Positions 32,636 through 41,017 of a DNA stretch of 43,859 nucleotides are shown here, one piece after another; the stretch's first letter is position 1, and each line of letters starts with the position of its first letter. A program made the position numbers and the translations under genes. The DNA is from a virus: the IMG/VR virus record IMGVR_UViG_3300023203_000032. One strand, 5' to 3'. The notes under the pieces are model-generated. The model had not been told where the DNA came from. It was given only the letters and a program-made list of their open reading frames with translations, and searched no databases.

Positions 32636-34430
32636 CTGCCTCACGTGTCGCCTCGTCGATCATGGCCTGCAGCCGCTCGACGGCCGATCTGGGGAGGCAC
32701 TTGAACCGCGGCCGCTCGACGCCGCCCCCGAACCGCCGCCACACCGCCCCGAGCGCCTGCAGGAGTTTCGAGAGCTCGCCTTTCTCGACGCGATGGGGGC
32801 CCTGCCAGAGCTCTTCCCAGACCGTGTTGAACTTGAACACGATCGAGCCGTCCGGCATCAGGCTTGGCCGGCCGCGAGGATCGGGCTCCCGGCCTTCCTC
32901 CACGATCCGTTTCTTGCTCAGCTTCTCCCACAGGCAGTCCGCCACGACCAGGTGGCGTTGCTCCTCCAGCGGGGCTGCCCTGTGCTCGGCCGTGTGGATC
33001 AGCGTCTCGTAGAGCCCGCCGGGATCGCTCCAGAGCTTGTCGAAGGCCTTGGGCAATGCGCATTCGGCCTGCTCGAGCGCCTCGACCCGGATCGAGCCGG
33101 GGCTGTTCATTTGTCGGGCGTTCAGGACGATGAAGGGCGACTTGCAGAAGAGAGGCGAGTACAGCTCGTAACGCGGCGGATCGCTGTGGACGATGGTCAA
33201 CTTCCAGAGCCCGACCCGCCGCTGGCCCTCTTGGACCGCCTTTGCGGCCCCCTCGACCACACTCTCGGGCGACGGGTTCAAGACGGCCTCGGCCTGTTTC
33301 GCAATCCGACGCGATCGCTCGGCCTTCAGGTGCATCGTGAACACGGCCCGAAGCTCGTTGTCCGATAGCGGGTGTTCGCGGCGGTAGTTCTGCCCCTCGA
33401 TCGAGCGGAACAACTCGGTCACGTCCGACGTCTTCGACAGCGACTTCCAGTTGGCCACGCACACGGCAATGAAGTCGCTCATGTCCGGCGGTGGCCCGAC
33501 GCTGGCCAGAAAGGCAAACTCGTCGGTGACCTCCGTGTTCGTCGCCTCCGGCACGGTCGGCTCCCACCGCTTGGCCCGCCGCGGCTTCGTGGCGGTCGGT
33601 TCCTTGAGCTTGCTGCCGATCACGCCCAGGCCGTACTTCTCGGCCGACGCGGCGCAGTGGCGCAATTCCGCCTCATCCAGCGGGGGCTGGTTCCGTGCGT
33701 TCCACGCGACCAGAATCGGCCAGGCGTCCGTGGCGGACAAAGCGAAGTCGCGCAGCAGCACGCAGGCGACTCTGTAGCCACGCTGGTTCCGGCTGCCTGT
33801 AGCGCAACCCTCGATCGAGCCGACGTAGGCCGCGGCCCGTTCGACGGGCGTCGAGCCCCCACCCTCGCCGGCCGGCGGCGTGAGATCGTCGCCGGCCAGA
33901 TTCCAGAGACGAGCCAGGATCGCATCGGGCAACGCGGCCGGCGGGCAGTCGCCCGGGGGGACAAGCCACTGATAGAGCACGCCGCTCGGGTGAATCGACG
34001 GCGGGAAGACGCTCTGGGCCCCCTTGCCGCCGTTGCCTGTGCGGACCTCGATGTCGCCGAGCTTGACCACGGCCCCGCCCGGCAGGTCGTTGCGCCAGCG
34101 AAACAAGCGGTGCTTGCCCCGCTGACCCTGGTAGGTGGCCGTGACCGGCGGGTCGCCGTCGAACAGGGCCAAATACTCCTGCTCGGCCTTCGGGCTGTCG
34201 CACTCCAGATCGAGGATGCCCGACCCTTCGCCCAGACAGACGCCGACGTTGGCCGCCGGCCACTGGTCCCACCACGCGGTGATCTGCTTCCACTGGTCCG
34301 TGGCCGCCCGCTGCCACGCCTTAATGAAGGGCCGCTTGCTTGCCGGCTGGATCGGCAGCACGCGCCAGCCGTAGCCGGCGTACTCCAGCGCCGCTCGGAC
34401 GAGTCGATCGGCGTCGGCAGACGTGCTCAT
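32592..34430 (-). CDS. Bifunctional DNA primase/polymerase (prim-pol) domain protein (612 aa)
   Basis: ATG at 34430 with a GGAGG RBS. YAGYGWRVLPIQPASKRPFIKAW...ANVGVCLGEGSGILDLECD is the typical prim-pol N-terminal domain. No Walker A was seen in the C-terminal half. Confidence 0.8.
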   Translation of the reverse strand: MSTSADADRLVRAALEYAGYGWRVLPIQPASKRPFIKAWQRAATDQWKQITAWWDQWPAANVGVCLGEGSGILDLECDSPKAEQEYLALFDGDPPVTATYQGQRGKHRLFRWRNDLPGGAVVKLGDIEVRTGNGGKGAQSVFPPSIHPSGVLYQWLVPPGDCPPAALPDAILARLWNLAGDDLTPPAGEGGGSTPVERAAAYVGSIEGCATGSRNQRGYRVACVLLRDFALSATDAWPILVAWNARNQPPLDEAELRHCAASAEKYGLGVIGSKLKEPTATKPRRAKRWEPTVPEATNTEVTDEFAFLASVGPPPDMSDFIAVCVANWKSLSKTSDVTELFRSIEGQNYRREHPLSDNELRAVFTMHLKAERSRRIAKQAEAVLNPSPESVVEGAAKAVQEGQRRVGLWKLTIVHSDPPRYELYSPLFCKSPFIVLNARQMNSPGSIRVEALEQAECALPKAFDKLWSDPGGLYETLIHTAEHRAAPLEEQRHLVVADCLWEKLSKKRIVEEGREPDPRGRPSLMPDGSIVFKFNTVWEELWQGPHRVEKGELSKLLQALGAVWRRFGGGVERPRFKCLPRSAVERLQAMIDEATREAGGTPGTNMGASGAD

Positions 34431-34513
34431 CGAGGAGGCCTCCGTGCAAACGGGCCCGGGCGGGCTGCTCTGAGGGCGCATGCAAACCCGCCCGGGACCC
34501 AAGGGGGGGTACG

Positions 34514-35128
34514 CTACGTGGTCGTTGTCGCGGGCGTGCAGTACTCCGGATGGTCCCCCCAGAACGCCGCCAGGGCGTCGCAGACCGTCTCGCTGCCCTT
34601 CTCGCCAAGCCCCTTGATCTGCTTGGCCCACCACTCGCCTTGCTTCTCCATGTGCCGGACCAGCTCGTCGATCGTCGTCAGGCCGGCATCGACAAGGGCA
34701 TTGGTGACTCGCTTGGACAGTTTCAACTCGGCCAGCGGCAGCGCCCGCCAGGGCTCGTTGCCATTTGTCTGGACGTCGGCCGTTTTCGTGTCGGCCGCCT
34801 TCTTGTCGGCCACCTTCGTGGCGCCCTTCTTTTTGGCCGGCTGGTCGAACAGCGGGTGCTCTTCCTTGCGTGCGCGGCACAGCGTTCGCAGTTCCTCGAC
34901 GCGATCGGCGTAGGCCGACCGCGCCGTGCGGTAGGCTTCCTTGCGGACCTCGATGGCCGCACGCGCCTCCTGACACGCTTCCTCGGCAAGCTCGATCCGC
35001 GCCAGAAGCTCAGCCGCCTCGGCCAGCAGTTCGCTCTTGCACGGCCTCCTGGCCCTTGGCTTCGCCGGTTTGTCCGCAGCCGGCGTCTTCACGCTCCGTT
35101 TCTTCACGCTTACCTTCGTTGCACACAT
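34514..35128 (-). CDS. Lys-rich/coiled-coil protein with C-terminal RNA polymerase alpha-CTD-like helix-hairpin-helix domain (204 aa)
   Basis: LPLAELKLSKRVTNALVDAGLTTIDELV...IKGLGEKGSETVCDAL parallels the RpoA CTD pattern L.LS.R..N.L....I..(D/E)L....L..I.N.G.KS..EI. Confidence 0.65.
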   Translation of the reverse strand: MCATKVSVKKRSVKTPAADKPAKPRARRPCKSELLAEAAELLARIELAEEACQEARAAIEVRKEAYRTARSAYADRVEELRTLCRARKEEHPLFDQPAKKKGATKVADKKAADTKTADVQTNGNEPWRALPLAELKLSKRVTNALVDAGLTTIDELVRHMEKQGEWWAKQIKGLGEKGSETVCDALAAFWGDHPEYCTPATTTT

Positions 35129-35146
35129 CGTTTGGTCCCTTTGGGG

Positions 35147-35410
35147 TTAGAGGTTGTCACGGTCCTCGAAGTATCGGCAAGCCGCGTCCTTGGCGCGGAT
35201 GTCGGTACCTGGGCCGCTCGTCCAGAGCTCGCGCATGAGCCAGCACTTCTTGTAGCGGGCTCGGCTTCCTCGACTATAGTGCCGGCAGTCCTTACATTGC
35301 TTGCCGGCGGGCCCGGTGCCGATGGGCGCGGCGTGAGCTCGATCTTCCCGCCGCCGGCCGCATCGACGAACCGGCACGTCCGGAATCTCGTCGCCAAAGA
35401 GGCTTTTCAT
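35147..35410 (-). CDS. Hypothetical Cys-containing protein (87 aa)
   Basis: ATG at 35410 with a GGAGGGA RBS. CKDCRHY...YKKCW...DAACRYFE. Confidence 0.6.
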   Translation of the reverse strand: MKSLFGDEIPDVPVRRCGRRREDRAHAAPIGTGPAGKQCKDCRHYSRGSRARYKKCWLMRELWTSGPGTDIRAKDAACRYFEDRDNL

Positions 35411-35558
35411 CCGCACTCCCTCCGCGCGATCGGGAAAACGAGCCCGCGCCTGTGGATGACCGGTCGGCGGGCGCGACCCCCAAATCACCGCGAGTGGAAA
35501 GGAGGTCCCGGAATTCCTCGCGGCTAGTCTCGGCTCTCACGGCGTACCGGCCTCTCTT

Positions 35559-36275
35559 TCAGACTTCTTGCGGCTCGCCGTCCACCTCGGTCCTTTCGAT
35601 CGTGACCTGCTGGAACGTCTCCTCGTACCGTCGGATCGTCGCGATGATCTCGCGGTAGCTGTCCTCGTCGAGCTTGCCGACCATCTTGGCCGTCACCCGG
35701 GCGTAGGGCGTGCCGTCGCGGTTGGTTGCCCTCTCCAGCCCGAACTGCGTGACCACGCCGCAGTAGGGCATCCCCGCCTGCGACAGATCGAGCAGGTACT
35801 TCCGGGCGTTTTTGAGGCTCCCCGGCGACGCGGCCACGATGTCGGGCAAGACCTGCCCCTTGCGGAGCAGGAAGAAGAGACGCGCTTCCTTGCACGCCTT
35901 GCCGTGCCCGGTTGCCGCGGTCTCGAATTGATTGTGTGGGCAGTCGAGACAGACGCCCCCCGGCGCGCCGATGCCGATCTTCATGTCCGCGCTAGCGCAG
36001 TCCGGCGGCGAACCGGTGATGTTCGGGTTGGCCCAGTACGCCCGCCGCCGCGTCGTGCAGAGAATCACGCCTTCGATCACGTCCGCGCTCTCGGTGCCCG
36101 CGGCCGTTTCGATCTGCCACCGGGTGGCCCCGCTCGCCGGGATCTTGATCCGCGTGAAATCGGCCACGGAAAGCTGCTCGCCTCCCAGGTTCTGCTGCAT
36201 CAGTCTGACCCGATCGTTGTTCGGGTCCAGCGCCGGGTACTGCGCCGGCGGCAGGGTCACAAGTTCAGTGCTCAT
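35559..36275 (-). CDS. Hypothetical replication-module protein (238 aa)
   Basis: AAAGGA RBS. Conserved-looking core PPDCASADMKIGIGAPGGVCLDCPHNQF...GKACKEARLFFLL. Confidence 0.65.
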   Translation of the reverse strand: MSTELVTLPPAQYPALDPNNDRVRLMQQNLGGEQLSVADFTRIKIPASGATRWQIETAAGTESADVIEGVILCTTRRRAYWANPNITGSPPDCASADMKIGIGAPGGVCLDCPHNQFETAATGHGKACKEARLFFLLRKGQVLPDIVAASPGSLKNARKYLLDLSQAGMPYCGVVTQFGLERATNRDGTPYARVTAKMVGKLDEDSYREIIATIRRYEETFQQVTIERTEVDGEPQEV

Positions 36276-36318
36276 CGGTCGTTGTCCTTTGCCTTTGGGT
36301 CTTGGAAACGCGATAACC

Positions 36319-36756
36319 TCACGACAACCGAGTCCGCAGTCGCGGGATCGTGTCGTAGTTGAGGCAGTTGGCCAGCGCCTCGGGGATCTCCGAGCCCTCG
36401 GTCAACTGCTCTTTAACAAACGCCTTCAGGGAGGAGGCGTTGTAGCCCACCTGGATGCACCGGTCCAAGCCGGACGATCTCAGAACGTCGAGGAGTTGCT
36501 CCATGCTGATCTCGCCGCGCTTCGTGCAGTAGAAGTCGCGGGCAACGTAGACGGTCAGCCCGTCAACCCGGGCCGACTGCTGACCTCGCTCGGCCCACTC
36601 CTCGAGGATCGTGTCCTGCAGGCCGGCCTCTTCCTTCTTGATCGCGTCCAGCCGCTCCTCAAGGTCCCGGCGCTCGTGCTCCAGCGCGGCGAACCGGGCC
36701 AACGGATCGGCACACGGCTGGGCGGGAAACGGCGAGTCGGTCTTAGGTAGGCTCAT
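36319..36756 (-). CDS. Hypothetical protein with N-terminal coiled coil (145 aa)
   Basis: ATG-initiated, overlapping the upstream gene by 14 nt. ERRDLEERLDAIKKEEAGLQDTILEEW. Confidence 0.6.
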   Translation of the reverse strand: MSLPKTDSPFPAQPCADPLARFAALEHERRDLEERLDAIKKEEAGLQDTILEEWAERGQQSARVDGLTVYVARDFYCTKRGEISMEQLLDVLRSSGLDRCIQVGYNASSLKAFVKEQLTEGSEIPEALANCLNYDTIPRLRTRLS

Positions 36757-36925
36757 CGGCGACCTCGCTTTCCACCGCCTCTTCGATCAGGTTGAGCAGT
36801 TCCGCCACTTTGTCGAGCAACGCGATCTCCCTGTCTCGCGGCAACCGGCAATCGACCAGCTTGCGTCGCAACGCGACGGCCTGGTTGATCGCCTGCTCCG
36901 CGGACTTCTGCTTGACCTTACTCAC
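36743..36925 (-). CDS. Hypothetical small protein (60 aa)
   Basis: GTG start preceded by a strong GAGGAGGG RBS. Confidence 0.55.
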   Translation of the reverse strand: MSKVKQKSAEQAINQAVALRRKLVDCRLPRDREIALLDKVAELLNLIEEAVESEVADEPT

Positions 36926-36941
36926 GTCGATACCCTCCTCG

Positions 36942-37205
36942 TTACTTGGACTGTGAAACGCGAAAACTGGACGTACTCGCCTGCGGCCAGAGCCGCTTGC
37001 ACGCTTCGATCAAGGGGCCGCGGTCCGGCCCGTTGCAGACCAGCATGCCGGAGTCATAGACGTCGGCAATCTGGCCGCTTGTGAACACGAGCTGGTCCCC
37101 GTAGTTGTTGGGCAATCGCCGGTGGCTCTTCACCACGAATCCCGATTTCGCCAGCGCCGCGGCGACCCTCGACGCCAACCGGTTCGTTGTGCTAATTCGT
37201 TCCAC
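36942..37205 (-). CDS. Hypothetical protein (87 aa)
   Basis: GTG at 37205 with GGGAGA upstream, overlapping the SNF2 stop by 14 nt. The track ORF extends further into the SNF2 gene. Confidence 0.5.
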   Translation of the reverse strand: MERISTTNRLASRVAAALAKSGFVVKSHRRLPNNYGDQLVFTSGQIADVYDSGMLVCNGPDRGPLIEACKRLWPQASTSSFRVSQSK

Positions 37206-38883
37206 TCTTGAGTTCTCCCAAGACGGCGTCGATTGCGTCCTTTCTTGCCCGCAGCGCCGCATAGATGCGGCGGTCCACCGTGCGCTCGGCAATCAGGTGG
37301 TAATAGCAGACGGGCCGCGTCTGGCCCGGCCGGTGCAGACGGGCCAGCGATTGCTCGAACTCGGCCAACGAGAACCCGAGCGAGTAGTAAACGGCGTATC
37401 GCGCTCGGGTCAGGTCGATTCCAACACCGCCCGACTGGATCTGGCAGCCGAGGACGTCGATCGACGGGGACATTTCGCCCCGCTCATTCAGCCCGTCTTT
37501 TGCCGTGCCAGAGAGCTCGCCGTACCGCAACCGCCGCTTCTCGCAGATGTCCCGCACGGCGGCCAAGTCCGGCTTGAACCGGCAGAACACCACAAACGGC
37601 TCGCCGCCGGCGTCCTCCAGAAGATCGCTCAACAGGTCCTGCTTGCCCGTGTCGAGCCGGTGAAACCGGTTCGTGTCGTCCTCGACGAGGTAGCCGCTCG
37701 CGAGTTGTTGAAGCCGCAGGAGCCGCACCAGCGCGTTGTTGGCTGTGACCACGCCCGTGCCCAGATCGGCTAGAAGCTCCTCCTCGAGCTGGCGGTAGGC
37801 CTTTCTCGCGGCCGGCGAGAGCTCACACGTCCGCTCTTCGTGCATGACCTCCGGCAGGTCGAGCACGTCGGCTGCACTGCATTGGTAGGTAATCAGCCGA
37901 AACCGTTCCTGCAGCTCCTCCTGGTTCTTGTAGCCGGTGATCTGTTGCGGAACGTGCGGGTTTCCCTTGACCGCGTAGCGGTTGCTGAAGTGGTGCCAGG
38001 ACGTGCCGAAGAGGCCAGGGTCCAGGAACCGGAACTGTCCGAACAGGTCCAGCGGCGATTGGGCCAACGGCGTGCCCGTCAGGCAGAGCCGCCGCTTGGC
38101 CCGCCTGGCCAGCTTGGCCGCGTACTTACTGATTGCGGAATTGTGGGCCTTGATCCGGTGGCTCTCGTCGCAGATCACAAGGTCCCAATCCACCCCAAGC
38201 GACCAGGAGGCAAAGGGTTCCATCCTTGCCGTTTCGTAGTTGACCACCACGGCCACCGGTCGGCGAAGAGCCGCGCCCAGTTTCATCGCGCCGCTGGCGA
38301 CGTGGACCTTGTCCTTGGTCGAGCCTTTCTCGAGGACACAGACCGAGACGGGCCGTCCCGCATGTAGCTCGATCTCTCGTCGCCACACGCCACGGACCGA
38401 CACGGGGCAGAGAATCAGGATGGTCTCGCAATTCCAGTTGACGGCGAGGTCCACCGCGACCTTGCTCTTGCCCGTTCCCATGCCCATGCCCTGAAGCGCA
38501 GCATCCAGGATGTCGGCGAAGGCGAATCCGACGAGTTGGTGTCGCCAGGCGGTTGTCTTGCTGAGCGGCTGAGCGAGATAGACCTCGGGGTGCAAGCGGG
38601 TCCTTGCCAGATAGACGTGGGCGCCGAATCGGTGCCCCGCCACCACCAACGGGTCGTGGACGTGGTCGCGCAACGACTCCGATTCCGGTCGGGTAATCAC
38701 CCGCCACGCGGCGGCCGGCGTGAAGTCGCACGTCCACTGACACTCGTACTGCGACCACCGCGCCCCCGGCAAGCTCTGACAGAACTCCGTCCACGCCGGC
38801 GGTCCGGGCCCCAGGATGATCTTCTGGCCGTTGGCCGAAAGCCGCGCCGAACAGGCCGACAAGCGTCCGGGTGCAATGGGCAT
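37192..38883 (-). CDS. SNF2-family (DEAD/H-like) helicase/translocase (563 aa)
   Basis: Motif I GMGTGKSKVAVDL, motif II LVICDESHRIK, LCLTGTPLAQSPLDLFGQFRFLDPG, and a C-terminal helicase domain (RLHRPGQTRPV). ATG at 38883 with an AAGAGG RBS. Confidence 0.85.
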   Translation of the reverse strand: MPIAPGRLSACSARLSANGQKIILGPGPPAWTEFCQSLPGARWSQYECQWTCDFTPAAAWRVITRPESESLRDHVHDPLVVAGHRFGAHVYLARTRLHPEVYLAQPLSKTTAWRHQLVGFAFADILDAALQGMGMGTGKSKVAVDLAVNWNCETILILCPVSVRGVWRREIELHAGRPVSVCVLEKGSTKDKVHVASGAMKLGAALRRPVAVVVNYETARMEPFASWSLGVDWDLVICDESHRIKAHNSAISKYAAKLARRAKRRLCLTGTPLAQSPLDLFGQFRFLDPGLFGTSWHHFSNRYAVKGNPHVPQQITGYKNQEELQERFRLITYQCSAADVLDLPEVMHEERTCELSPAARKAYRQLEEELLADLGTGVVTANNALVRLLRLQQLASGYLVEDDTNRFHRLDTGKQDLLSDLLEDAGGEPFVVFCRFKPDLAAVRDICEKRRLRYGELSGTAKDGLNERGEMSPSIDVLGCQIQSGGVGIDLTRARYAVYYSLGFSLAEFEQSLARLHRPGQTRPVCYYHLIAERTVDRRIYAALRARKDAIDAVLGELKSGTN

Positions 38884-38969
38884 GACACGTACCTCTTCGC
38901 AGACAGTCCGCCCCGCCCGCGGCCGACGCAACGGGAATCGCCGACCGCGGGCCGTCGGGAGGACGAAAC

Positions 38970-39593
38970 TCAGGAAGAAACCTCGGCGGACTCGGGCTGC
39001 TGGTACGGCAGGGCCTGGTCGGCCTCGGCGGCCAGGTCGGCGATCGTGTCGCCACCCTCCGACAACATCGCCGCGGCCTGTCTCTCGTTGATCTTGGCCG
39101 CGGCCTCTGCGGTGACCTCCGCAAGGGTCTTGCCGTAGAAGAACTCCTTCCAGTCCAGGCCCGCGGCCGCCGTCGCTTTCCGTCGCCGCGGTAACGGCTT
39201 CCGCGACCGCCTAAGCTCCTCGACTTCCTCCAGAAGGCTGTCGACAAACGCTGGGTCGCGCGCCCCCTGACGGGACTTGAGGCAGCGTCCCAGGGCAACA
39301 AGGTCGTCCCACGTGATCTGGCTTGCGGTGCCCCTCGTGCCCTCGACCACGCGCCGGTACTTCTGATGGTGTGCCCTGCACAATCCACGGGCATGGATGA
39401 TCTGCGACGTGCAGCCCCAGTTCACAGCCAGATCAACAACCACCTTACTCTTGCCTGTGCCCATATCCATGGCGAGCATGGCGGTACGCTTCTCGTAGGC
39501 GAAAGCGTAGGCGTCGCGCTGGTGTGCCCAGCATTCCGTCTTGCGCTTGGCGGGCTCTTCCGCCACTTGCCTATCGTGCGGCTTGTCGATCAT
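38970..39593 (-). CDS. SNF2 N-terminal fragment paralog (motif I only) fused to a Cys/His knuckle and an acidic helical tail (207 aa)
   Basis: ECWAHQRDAYAFAYEKRTAMLAMDMGTGKSKVVVDLAVNWGC aligns with TAWRHQLVGFAFADILDAALQGMGMGTGKSKVAVDLAVNWNC of the downstream helicase. It then diverges into TSQIIHARGLCRAHHQKY. AAGAGGGGA RBS. Confidence 0.65.
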   Translation of the reverse strand: MIDKPHDRQVAEEPAKRKTECWAHQRDAYAFAYEKRTAMLAMDMGTGKSKVVVDLAVNWGCTSQIIHARGLCRAHHQKYRRVVEGTRGTASQITWDDLVALGRCLKSRQGARDPAFVDSLLEEVEELRRSRKPLPRRRKATAAAGLDWKEFFYGKTLAEVTAEAAAKINERQAAAMLSEGGDTIADLAAEADQALPYQQPESAEVSS

Positions 39594-39721
39594 CGGTACA
39601 TCCCCTCTTGCACTCGCATCGGCACCGGACAATCCGGCGTCCCCCACGTCGCCGCGACCTCAGTCGCAACGGCAACGGCTAGGAGACACAATGCCGCGAG
39701 AATCAGTCGGAAGAGTCGCAT
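39590..39721 (-). CDS. Small signal-peptide/TM peptide (43 aa)
   Basis: Not in the track (<60 aa). ATG with GAGGA upstream, sequence MRLFRLILAALCLLAVAVA..., and the stop overlaps the next ATG (ATGA). Confidence 0.4.
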   Translation of the reverse strand: MRLFRLILAALCLLAVAVATEVAATWGTPDCPVPMRVQEGMYR

Positions 39722-39879
39722 CGCTCATCCTCATAAAGTCCTGTTTGCGGATTGAATCCCTCGATGTTCACTTCCGGCGGCGGAAGCTGGTCGCGGTTGT
39801 TTTCCAGCCAGTCCAACCAGTCCAGCCAGTCCAGCCAGTCCAACCAATCCTCAATCTCGTGCCGCGTTCGTGGGCTCAT
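39703..39879 (-). CDS. Small ORF encoding a (DWL)5 repeat (58 aa)
   Basis: Not in the track. Sequence MSPRTRHEIEDWLDWLDWLDWLDWLENNRDQLPPPEVNIEGF...; the repeat is encoded by the 9-bp tandem array. Confidence 0.4.
   Translation of the reverse strand: MSPRTRHEIEDWLDWLDWLDWLDWLENNRDQLPPPEVNIEGFNPQTGLYEDERCDSSD
39804..39848. repeat. Five tandem 9-bp units ccaRccaRt
   Basis: ccagccagt ccaaccagt ccagccagt ccagccagt ccaaccaat read directly. Confidence 0.85.
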
Positions 39880-40099
39880 TGGGGGCCTCTGTGCGTAGTG
39901 CAGCTAATTGGCGCGCGTAACTCATGCCGCTAGTCGCGGCTCGAAACACCTTGTATAGCTGGGCCTCGACTTCGGAGAGGTCGCCACCTCGCCGAGCACG
40001 GCTGGCTCTCCGAGACCATTCTTCAGCATCCTCGCACATGTCGCGGATAAGCGACTCAAGCGCCGCGTGCTGGCTGGCAATCGGAATTATCGTGGTCAT
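39851..40099 (-). CDS. Hypothetical small protein (82 aa)
   Basis: ATG at 40099, 5 nt after the upstream stop. Helical sequence MTTIIPIASQHAALESLIRDMCEDAEEW. Confidence 0.55.
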   Translation of the reverse strand: MTTIIPIASQHAALESLIRDMCEDAEEWSRRASRARRGGDLSEVEAQLYKVFRAATSGMSYARQLAALRTEAPNEPTNAARD

Positions 40100-40103
40100 C
40101 GCG

Positions 40104-40301
40104 TCACCCCGTGCTATCAACCTGAAAATAGTACCCGCAGATTGGACACCAGAACACGCGACAGAATCCGTGATTCGACGGGTCGCGGTTTTGTTCGTAC
40201 AACGCATGCCCCAGGTCGCGGCAGCGGCGATACTCCGGCGGGTCGCTCTGCCAGCCGTTCATCCAGCCGAGGCCGCGGTACTGGGGCGTGGTAGTGCTCA
40301 T
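40104..40301 (-). CDS. Hypothetical small Cys-containing protein (65 aa)
   Basis: ATG at 40301 with a strong AAGGAGGAG RBS. FCRVFWCPICGYYF. Confidence 0.6.
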   Translation of the reverse strand: MSTTTPQYRGLGWMNGWQSDPPEYRRCRDLGHALYEQNRDPSNHGFCRVFWCPICGYYFQVDSTG

Positions 40302-40351
40302 CACTCCTCCTTCACGCCCGCCGCCGGCTCCTACCGACAGCGGGCAACGAG

Positions 40352-41014
40352 TCAGCGGCTTCCTGCCTCGGGGCTTCCTGCCGCCGACGGGGACTCAGTT
40401 GGAAATGCCTCACGTGCTTGCACAATCACCCGCCGCAGTTCTGCGTTTTCCGTTATTAGCTCCTCAATCCGCTTGTCCTTCTCCTGGCACTCGGCCGCGT
40501 GCTGACGGCTCTGGGCTTTGAGGCGGTCCTGCATCCCGGCCAGCTCGTTGACGTGGCAGACGTCGCCTTGGCTGATGAGCTGGCCGCAATGTGTGCACGT
40601 GATCTGCAATAGCGTGCAACCATCAGCCGTGACCGCCGTCCATGCTCCGCAGTGGCCGCACTGCACGTAGAAGGGCTGGCGTGGCTCCTCGGCGTGCAGA
40701 CGCTCTTGGGCGGCGATGCGAGATTCGAGGTCACTGTAGTCGGTCTTGAGTTTTGGTGATTCGGCTGGTGTCTCGTCCGGCGCGGCGTGCTTGGGCTCCT
40801 CCGCCTCCGCCTTCGTCTCCATTTCGGCGATGGCACTTCTTGCATCGTCGTAACGGCACAGGGCAATCGCCCGCAACCATTCGGCGAAAGGCTCCCCGTG
40901 TTGTCGTGTCGCCTCTTGTGCCGCACGGAAGCAGGAATCACAAAACGTCCAGCCCGTCTCCGGATCGGCAACGGGGTAAGTTGGATTCTCGATTTTGCAA
41001 ATCGGGCACACCAT
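40352..41014 (-). CDS. Zinc-ribbon / coiled-coil hypothetical protein (220 aa)
   Basis: MVCPICK...CDSC at the N terminus, a central CGHCG...CTHCG, and a C-terminal coiled coil. GGAAGGGGA RBS. Confidence 0.65.
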   Translation of the reverse strand: MVCPICKIENPTYPVADPETGWTFCDSCFRAAQEATRQHGEPFAEWLRAIALCRYDDARSAIAEMETKAEAEEPKHAAPDETPAESPKLKTDYSDLESRIAAQERLHAEEPRQPFYVQCGHCGAWTAVTADGCTLLQITCTHCGQLISQGDVCHVNELAGMQDRLKAQSRQHAAECQEKDKRIEELITENAELRRVIVQAREAFPTESPSAAGSPEAGSR

Positions 41015-41017
41015 GGC

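Noticed and set aside
34431-34976. N-terminal extensions of track ORFs: prim-pol (182 extra codons), UvrD-like 32456-32644, methyltransferase 29611-29745, SNF2 38884-38931 and ORF 14-133.
   Set aside because: The extensions are Arg/Gly/Pro-rich, overlap upstream genes or regulatory repeats, and are followed by an internal ATG/GTG with a good Shine-Dalgarno sequence right where the recognisable domain begins.
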